Positions 56,294 to 64,000 of a DNA stretch of 64,000 bases are shown piece after piece. Under the pieces are notes generated by a model. It was not told the DNA's origin. It searched no databases and saw only the letters and a program-made list of their open reading frames with translations. Positions within the stretch are counted from its first letter, which is position 1. The number at the start of each line of letters is the position of its first letter. Made by a program: the position numbers and the translations under genes. This DNA comes from an uncultured Planctomycetota bacterium (lineage in GTDB: Bacteria; Planctomycetota; Planctomycetia; Isosphaerales; Isosphaeraceae): the NCBI GenBank assembly GCA_963756475.1, contig CAVWND010000012.1, positions 17,777-81,776 on the forward strand. Reading direction: 5' to 3'.

Positions 56294-56441
56294 GGGGACT
56301 GGCTCCCGGCCCTAACTGAAACCTCAATTCCGCTCAAAGGTCACGCGGGCCGGGTGCCTGTCCCCATTTTCCGGACGCATCCCGAGCGGGGCCTCGGAAT
56401 TGGGGACAGGCACCGAGCGAGTACACCCGGAGCCAGTCCCC
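56294..56441. repeat. REP-like doublet
   Basis: Same family as 5783-5999; lies between convergent genes. Confidence 0.9.
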
Positions 56442-56484
56442 GATTCCGAGGCCAGCGGAGAATGAAATCGCCCTGGCTCGCCCC

Positions 56485-58797
56485 TCAAAGCAGGTTGATC
56501 GGATCGACATCGATCGCCAGCTCGATCCCGTTCGGCGGCGGGAATTTCGGTGGGATTGCCCGGAGGAGGTCGAGCAACGGCCGGGGGGACGGGCAGCGCA
56601 TCCGGAGGTGAAAGCGGTAGAGGTTCCGGATCTTCTCGACCGGCGCGGGGACGACCGCCGTGATCGCGACCACCGACGGCCGGATCTCCATCAGAGCCTG
56701 ATGGACCGTTTCGAGGTACGCCTTGACCGCCATCGCGTCCGGCCCCCGGGCGATCAGGCGGACGAGCCGGCCGAACGGGGGCAGACCGAGCTTCTGGCGG
56801 TCGAGCAACTCCCCCTCGACGAAGCCCTGGTAATCGTGGCGGCGGGCGAAGGCGATCGCGGCGACGTCCGGGCTGAAGGTCTGCACCAGCACCTTGCCCG
56901 ACCGCTCGCCCCGGCCGGTCCGGCCGGCGACCTGCGTCACGATCTGGAACGTCCGCTCGGCCGCTCGGAAGTCCGGCAAGTGGAGCGCGGTGTCGGCGTT
57001 GACCACGCCGACCAGCGTCACGTTCGGGAAGTCCAGCCCCTTGGCGATCATCTGCGTGCCGAGCAAGATCCGGACCTCGCCCGCCTTGAACGCGGCGAGC
57101 ACCTTCTCATGACTCCCGTGCCCGCGCATCGTGTCGGAGTCCATCCGGCGGATCGACTGCTCGGGGAACGCGGCGCGGACCTCGCGCTCCAATCGCTCGG
57201 TGCCGATCCCGCCGTAATAGAGGAGCTTCCGGCAGGTCGGACAGGTCGGGATGCGCTCCTGTTCGGCGTCGCAGAAGTGGCAGACGAGCTTCCGACGCCC
57301 CTGGTGGTACGTCAGGCTGACGTCGCAGTGGTGGCACTTCACCACGCTCCGGCAGCCCGGGTTCACGCAGACGGCATAGGTGTTGAAACCCCGGCGGTTG
57401 AGCAGCAAAATCACCTGGCCGCCGTCATTCAGGGCCTCGGTCATCGCCGTTTTCAAAGGGGTGGACAACACGACGCCGATCGGCTTCTCGTAACGCATGT
57501 CGATGAGCGTGACGTCCGGCATCGGCCGGGCGCCGACGCGCTCGTCGAGGGCGATCCTCGTATATCGGCCGGTCTGGGCGTTCCGCCAGGTCTCCAGCGC
57601 GGGCGTGGCCGAGCCGAGGAGGACCGGCACGCCTTCGAGCTGAGCCCGCTTCACGGCGACGTCGCGGGCGTGGTAGCGTGGGACGGTCTCCTGCTTGAAC
57701 GTGCTTTCATGCTCCTCGTCGATCACGATCAGGCCCAGCCGCCGGGTCGGGGCAAAGACGGCCGAGCGGGCGCCGACGACGACCTGGACCTCGCCGCTGG
57801 CGATGCTCCGCCAGTGCCGGTGTCGTTCCCCCTCGCTCAGGTGGCTGTGGAGCACGGCCACGCGGTCGAACCGGCGGCGGAACCGGCGGATCGTCTGGGG
57901 CGTCAGGCTGATCTCGGGGACGAGGACGATCGCCTCGCGCCCCCGCGCGACGACCTCGTCGATGGCGCCGAGGTAGACCTCCGTCTTGCCGCTGCCGGTG
58001 ACCCCGTGGAGCAGGAACGTGGCGAAGCCGTCCCCTCGGAGGCTCGGGCCGAGCTGCTCGAGCGCGGCTTTTTGCTCGGCCATCAGCTCGGGCGGGGATC
58101 GCCGGGCGTCGTCGAGCCTCGTCGGCCTCGGGCGGCGGGGCGCTGATCCGCCGCTTGACGGTGTGGATCAGACCATTCTTGATCAGCGTATCGACCACCC
58201 CCGGGCCGACCTTGGCCCGGTTGCAGACGTCGGCGACGGTCAGGGGGACGCTCGCCCGCGGCGATGACGTCGATCACCTCGGCCTGCTTCGAGTTGACCT
58301 TGAGCGAGCCGTCCGCTTTCTTCGCCAGCGTCAACTCGGGGACGGTCAGACACTTCCAGACGCGCAGTCCCCGCCTGCTTCTTCACCCCGGCCGGCACGA
58401 CCGCGTCGAGCGCCTGGCCCCAGGTACACGAGTAATAGCCGGCGATCCAGCGGGTCAATTCGAGCATCGCCCCGTCGATCAAGGGTGGGTCGTCCAGGAC
58501 GTCGATCACGTCCTTGATCTTGCGGGGGTCGACCTCCGCCGAGTCGTCCAGCCGCACGCAATATCCGACGCTCGGCGCGTTCCCCCGGCCCAGTGGGACG
58601 CGGACTCGTTGCCCCGGCACGACCTTCGCCCGCAGACCGGCCGGAATCCGGTACGAGAACACCTGGTCGACCGGCCGGTTGAAGACCACCCCCGCGAACG
58701 GCCCCTCGACCGAGACCGGCGCCGGCGCCGGCGCCTCCGCCTCATGCTCGAAAAGAGCGGCCTGCCGCCGGAAGTTGTCGCCGATCATCTCCGCCAT
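56485..58797 (-). CDS. priA: Primosomal protein N' (frameshifted 58080-58370)
   Basis: HGVTGSGKTEVY, VPEISLTPQ, DEEHE, LNRRG, zinc fingers, GTQMIAKGLDF, QVAGRTGR. Confidence 0.97.
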
Positions 58798-59285
58798 CGC
58801 CCACCCTCGCCCCTCGCCGCCGCGTTTCTCTCCATTCTAAACGCTTGTCCATACGGAGGCGATGGGGAATCGGCCAGCGAAACGGGTCCGAGAATCCTAC
58901 CGGAGGAGACGGGGCGAAGGGGCGTGAATGAATCCGAATGTGCCATAAAGTACGCGCTCTGGTGCCCCGTTTCTCGACAGTCGTGACGTGAGACAGGGCA
59001 GCCCGTCCTTCGAGTATCGCCGAAGTTTAACCTTTCTTGGAATCGGCCGAGCGTGCGTGGGAGCAAGCTGGTTTCGACACAGGATGTGGCGACGAAAGAG
59101 ATTGGAAAGAATCGAGTGGACGAAGTCGGGCCGCTCGATTTTATAAACAGGGATGTTCGTATGTGTTTTTGGTTCGGTGATTGCTCTTCGTTTTCCGAAA
59201 TGTCCAGTTTTTCCCCCTCGATCCTGGGCTGAGTCAACGTTGGTTCTGGATTGTTCAAAGGATCGAAACACCCGGGAAATTCTCA

Positions 59286-60373
59286 ATGCGTTCGTGCGTC
59301 CCACCGTCCCTGAAGGCTCATCCCGCCCCCTCGCCGTCCCACCTGACCTCACGGCGCCTTGGTTTCACCCTGATCGAATTGCTGGTCGTCATCGCCATCA
59401 TCGCGGTGCTGATCGCTCTGCTGTTGCCGGCGGTGCAGGCCGCGCGCGAAGCCGCCCGCCGCGCCAGTGCACCAACAACCTCAAGCAGTTGGGCCTGGCC
59501 CTGCACAATTACGCGTCCGCCAACTCCGAAGCGTTCCCGTGGGCCCAGGGGCCGGGGAATTATAACGGCTGGTCGGGCCAGGTGATGCTCCTGCCGTACT
59601 TCGAGCAGCAGGCGGTGTTCAACGCGACCAACTTCGCCAACAACGGCCAGGCGATGTGGCAGGGCAATTCCGCCAACACCACGATGATGCGGGTCTCGTT
59701 GAGCGTGCTCCAGTGCCCGTCCGACGCCGACCGTCTGACCAATGCCGAGACCCATTCGAACTACATGATGTGTGGCGGCTCGGATGCCGACGAGGACCGC
59801 TATTACAACAACAATAGCGCCAATGCCCCCCAGGCGCTGGCCGGCATCGGTGTCTCGTACGGCAATCCCTACGCGTCGAGCCCGCCCGGCGTGGTCCGGC
59901 TGAGCGCCATCACCGATGGCACGAGCAACACGGCCGCGTTCAGCGAGATGGTCAAGGGGATTGGCAGCGGCAGCACCGCCCCCTGGGACTCGCTCAAGCC
60001 GACCTCGGCCAATGGCGACGCCACGAAATTCAAGCCCGCCTGGCCGTCGAACACCAACACCGATTATCAGAATTGCCTCGCCTCGCCGCCGACTCCGACC
60101 AGTAACCCCCAGATCTGGAACCACGGCTACCAGTGGTTCGCCGGGGCCGCGATGATCAACACCTATGTCCACGTCATGCCGCCCAACACCTGGAGCTGCA
60201 CCTTCGCCAACTACGGCTACGCCTCCACGGCCAGCAGTCGCCATCCGGGCGTGGTGAACGTCCTCTTCTCCGACGGCTCGACTCATGCCGTCAAGAGCAC
60301 CATCACTCCTTCGGTCTGGTGGGCGCTGGGGACCAAGTCGGGGAACGAGGTCGTCAGCTCCGACGCTTATTGA
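59286..60373 (+). CDS. DUF1559 prepilin-type protein (frameshifted)
   Basis: [40 protein letters not shown]. Confidence 0.95.
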
Positions 60374-60492
60374 TTGATCGAATTGATCGATCGGGCCGAA
60401 ACGGACCCGATTCCCACCTTCAACACCGGACGACTCGCCGAGGCTCCCCTTCCACGGAGCCGGCGGGTCGTCCCTCGCGGAGCACAAGGCGT

Positions 60493-60915
60493 ATGTCGCG
60501 GATGAGCCAGTGGGCCGCCGTCCTGACGGCCCCGACGATCTTCATTGCCACCATCACCATCACCGGCTGCGACACGGGGACCCCGTCGGTCTCGTCGTCA
60601 ACCGAGGAGGTCACCATCCAGGGGACCGTGACCATCGAAGGCAAGCCGGCCACCTCCGGCGAGGTTGTCTTCGACCCCTCCAACGTCCACCGCAAGTTCG
60701 TCGGGGCCAGCACCGCGCCGATTGGCCCGGACGGGTCGTACACCCTCAAAACGCTGGCCGGCGAAAACAAGATCTCGGTCTGGAGCAAGACCATCAAGGC
60801 CTCGAACTCCCCGCGCCCGGGGCCCGGCAACAATCCGAAGGGGAACCTGATGGCGGACGTCATGGAGGTTTACGTCAAGTCCGGAGGCGAGCCGATCAAC
60901 GTCGCCATTCCCTGA
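60493..60915 (+). CDS. Lipoprotein partner of DUF1559
   Basis: ITGC lipobox, GTVTIEGKP..GEVVFDP, IGPDGSYTL. Confidence 0.85.
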   Translation: MSRMSQWAAVLTAPTIFIATITITGCDTGTPSVSSSTEEVTIQGTVTIEGKPATSGEVVFDPSNVHRKFVGASTAPIGPDGSYTLKTLAGENKISVWSKTIKASNSPRPGPGNNPKGNLMADVMEVYVKSGGEPINVAIP

Positions 60916-61103
60916 CGACGTGAAATGACCCGGAGGGCTCGGAAAGAAGGGGACACCCCGGAGCGGGCTGTCCCCTTCGTCGTTTCGAAACGGGAGCCCG
61001 ATGGAACTCGCTCGACGCCCCTTTCTCTGGCCTCGGGGCGTCCCGAGGAGTACTCTGGGACCGATCCTTTCGGCCACCCTTTGACCGACGGAGCGTCCCG
61101 GCG

Positions 61104-61691
61104 ATGCGACTTGGCCTTTATGGCGGCACGTTCGACCCGATCCACCTCGGGCATCTGATCCTGGCCGAGGCCTGCCGCGAGGCTTGCCGGCTCGACCGGG
61201 TCTGGTTCGTGGTCGCGGGCGCGCCGCCGCACAAGCCGGGGGGGCGGACCGACGTGGCCCATCGGCTTGAGATGGCGCGGCTGGCCGTTGCCGGCAATTC
61301 GGCCTTCGAGGTCTCCGAGATCGAGACCCGCCGGCCCGGCCCTCATTACAGCGTCGAGACCCTGGAGGCTGTCCGCCGCGAGCGGCCCGAGGACGAGTTG
61401 TTCTTCCTGATCGGCGCCGATAGCCTGGTCGACCTCCCCCACTGGCGAGGGCCCGAGCAGATCATGAGGTTGGCGAGCCTGGTCGTCGCCAACCGACCGG
61501 GCTTCGAGCCGCCCGTGCCCGACGTCCCGGCCGACGCCCGGCCGATCCACCGGGTCGCGATCCCGCCCATCGGCATCGCCTCGCACGAGATCCGCCGCCG
61601 CCTCGCCGAAGGCCGGACCGTCCGCTACCAGGTCCCCCGGGCCGTCGAAGCCTACATCGACGCCCACCGGCTTTATCGGACTGGTCCTTGA
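61104..61691 (+). CDS. nadD: Nicotinate-nucleotide adenylyltransferase
   Basis: GGTFDPIHLGH, PPHK, FLIGADS, IASHEIR. Confidence 0.97.
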   Translation: MRLGLYGGTFDPIHLGHLILAEACREACRLDRVWFVVAGAPPHKPGGRTDVAHRLEMARLAVAGNSAFEVSEIETRRPGPHYSVETLEAVRRERPEDELFFLIGADSLVDLPHWRGPEQIMRLASLVVANRPGFEPPVPDVPADARPIHRVAIPPIGIASHEIRRRLAEGRTVRYQVPRAVEAYIDAHRLYRTGP

Positions 61692-61811
61692 TCCGGTCGC
61701 GTCCCGGCAAGAAGGCGGTTAAACTGGACATCAAAGGCACGATCCTGAAGACCTCTGGGCCGATTGCGTCCTGAGCCTCGAATCAACGAATTCGCGAGCG
61801 ACCTTGAAACC

Positions 61812-62775
61812 ATGCGAGTCCTGTCCGGAATCCAGCCCTCGGGCGCCCTCCATATTGGCAATTACATGGGGGCGATCCGCCAGTATATCGACCTCCAGCG
61901 CGGCAACGACGCGTATTACTTCGTCGCCGACTATCACGCCCTGACCAGCGTCCGCGACGCGGCGAAGCTGCGCGGGATACGTCTTCGACGTGATCGTCAA
62001 CTTGCTTGCCCTGGGGCTCGATCCCGACGTCGCCACGCTCTTCGTCCAGTCCGACGTGCCCGAGACGACCGAGCTGGCGTGGCTCTTGACCAGCGTCACG
62101 CCGATGGGCTGGCTGGAGAAGTGCGTCAGCTACAAGGACAAGGTCCAGCAAGGGTTGCCCGCCGAGCACGGCCTGTTCGCCTACCCCGTGCTCCAGGCGG
62201 CCGACATCCTGCTCTACGACGCCGACGTCGTGCCCGTCGGCCAGGACCAGAAGCAGCACCTGGAGGTCACCCGCGACATCGCCGAGCGGTTCAACCACGT
62301 CCACGGTGAGACCTTCCGGCTGCCCAAGCCGTACATCCTCGACACCGTCGCCGTGGTCCCGGGGATCGACGGCCGGAAGATGTCCAAGAGCTACGACAAC
62401 ACGATCGAGATCTTCGACGACCCCAGGACGATCCTCAAGAAGTGCAAGAAGATCGTCACCGACAGCACGCCGGTCGAGGCCCCCAAGAACCCCGAGACCG
62501 ACAACCTGTTCCAGCTCTGGACGCTCTTCGCGCCGGCCGACGAGGTGGCCGAGGTCGAGGGCCGTTACCGGGCCGGAGGAATCGGCTACGGAGAGGTCAA
62601 GACCCGCCTGGCCGAGCACATCAGCAAACGCTTTGCCAAGCCTCGCGAGCGCCGGGCCGAGTTGGTGGCGGACCCCGTCCGGGTTATTGAAGTCCGGCGA
62701 GCTGCCGCCGAGAAGGCGAGGAAGACCGCCCGGATCGTGCTCGACCGGGCCCGGAACGCCTGCGGCGTCGGTTGA
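61812..62775 (+). CDS. trpS: Tryptophan--tRNA ligase (frameshift near 61975)
   Basis: [34 protein letters not shown]. Confidence 0.97.
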
Positions 62776-63036
62776 GGGGATCGACCGCGAGGTCCTCGGC
62801 CCATCGGGAAATCGGCCCCGGCGGCTTTTCGTCGAACTTTCGGGGGCGGTCGGGCCGATACAACGTCTTGCCTCCGGGCTGAACCGGCGCTTCGAGCCGC
62901 TCCGAGAAGCCGCACCCGACCGGGAATCGTCCGGTTTGCCAATAAGTCGAATGAGGGCCGGGACCGGCTTGAGCTGGTCACGGCCCTCTTCGCGATGTCC
63001 GACCGAGGTCGGGCCGGGCGAGCCGGCCCGTCTCGA

Positions 63037-64000
63037 TCACTTGCCCGGCGGGGTGGTCCGGGGGGCGTTCTGGAGGGTCTGCTGAAGCTGGCTGGCGGTC
63101 GCGGCGGCGCCGGCGGGGACGCCGGCCGGCGGCCGAGGAGCGCCGCCGGTGGCGGCGGGCGATGTCGGGCCGGTGACTCGCCCGGACGACGGCGGGACCG
63201 GCTGGGTCTCGCCCGCCGCGCTCATCCGCTTGACCCCCGTGTCGAGCCCCGCCTTGAAGTCGGGGTGCTCTTCTTCGTGCGCCAGCTTGACCTGGCCGGT
63301 CAGCTTGTTGTCGACCGAGGAGCCCTTCATCAGGTCGTCGAAGAGCGTTCCCATCGCCTCGTTGAGCTTGACGTCGAACATCTGGGTCTGGAGGGTGTTC
63401 CGGACGAGCGGGTCGGTGATGCTCCCGCTCTTGCCGGGGATCACTTCCTCGCGTCGGAGGATCATCCAGCCCGTGTCATTGATCTGGATCGGGCCGGTGA
63501 AGTCGCCGTCCTTGGGCTTGTGCGTCGGGTTGGAGTCCTTGGGGTCGCCGTCGATGAGCTGGGAGAACACCTTGTCGGTCACGTCCTTGGGGACGGCGTG
63601 GCGGGCGATCGGCTCGGGGAGCAGGCCGCCGGAGGCTCGGGTGCCGGGGTCCATCGACCGGTCCTTGGCGAGCTTCTCGAACCCGCCCGGGTTCTTCCGC
63701 AGCTCTTCCCAGATCTCGTTGGCCGAGCGGATGTCCTTGCAGAGGATCATCCGGCAGCGGACCCGGGGGCCGAAGTTGGCCTCGAAGGCGTCCTTGATGT
63801 CCTGCTCGGTCACCTGGACGCGGGGCGTGGCCAGCTTCCGGAGCGCCAGGGCCGGATAGATGATGTCGCGGGCGTACTGGGCCGGGCTGATCCCCCGCTC
63901 CTTGTCGAGCGTCCGGAGCCAGACCTCGCGGGTGACGCCGGCGGTCCGCATCGCGACCGAGTCGATCTCCGCGTCGATCTCGGCGGGGGTGACCTCCATC
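63037..64000 (-). CDS. PpiC/PrsA-type peptidylprolyl isomerase, 5' end outside the window
   Basis: VRCRMIL, FEKLAKDRSMD..GGLL, GDFTGPI. Confidence 0.85.
   Translation of the reverse strand, partial: MEVTPAEIDAEIDSVAMRTAGVTREVWLRTLDKERGISPAQYARDIIYPALALRKLATPRVQVTEQDIKDAFEANFGPRVRCRMILCKDIRSANEIWEELRKNPGGFEKLAKDRSMDPGTRASGGLLPEPIARHAVPKDVTDKVFSQLIDGDPKDSNPTHKPKDGDFTGPIQINDTGWMILRREEVIPGKSGSITDPLVRNTLQTQMFDVKLNEAMGTLFDDLMKGSSVDNKLTGQVKLAHEEEHPDFKAGLDTGVKRMSAAGETQPVPPSSGRVTGPTSPAATGGAPRPPAGVPAGAAATASQLQQTLQNAPRTTPPGK

Noticed and set aside
56485-62775. Frameshifts in priA, trpS and many other genes as pseudogenes or programmed frameshifting
   Set aside because: Single-base indels are scattered across more than a dozen unrelated genes, including essential ones, without slippery signals; typical of long-read consensus error.

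Overview
High-GC window from a Planctomycetota genome, most likely Isosphaeraceae. The lineage call is inferred from DUF1559, DUF1549/1553, DUF1501, an LESR-type extracellular signal and PEP-CTERM proteins. Housekeeping genes (queA, pyk, priA, nadD, trpS, a PpiC foldase, phoD, an NtrC-type two-component pair) are interleaved with small accessory islands. More than a dozen genes are split by 1-bp frameshifts, including the normally essential trpS and priA, which points to long-read indel errors rather than real pseudogenes. The most notable structures are: (i) a 307-bp MITE with 16-bp TIRs and a CTAT target duplication that splits a RelE/HigB toxin and carries a 206-bp REP palindrome; (ii) an integrase-less integron fragment (attI-like site, complete cassette, attC) plus a half attC elsewhere, both cut at REP palindromes; (iii) an 85-bp gene-end copy whose junction falls on the GTAG of a REP, suggesting REP-bounded shuffling of cargo; (iv) a RusA-like plus REase-HEPN gene pair; (v) a MurE paralog that has lost its catalytic motifs; (vi) a phased ~30-bp motif array and a dispersed 54-bp upstream element. 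All family assignments come from motif recognition by eye; no database search was run. No rRNA, tRNA or CRISPR was seen.
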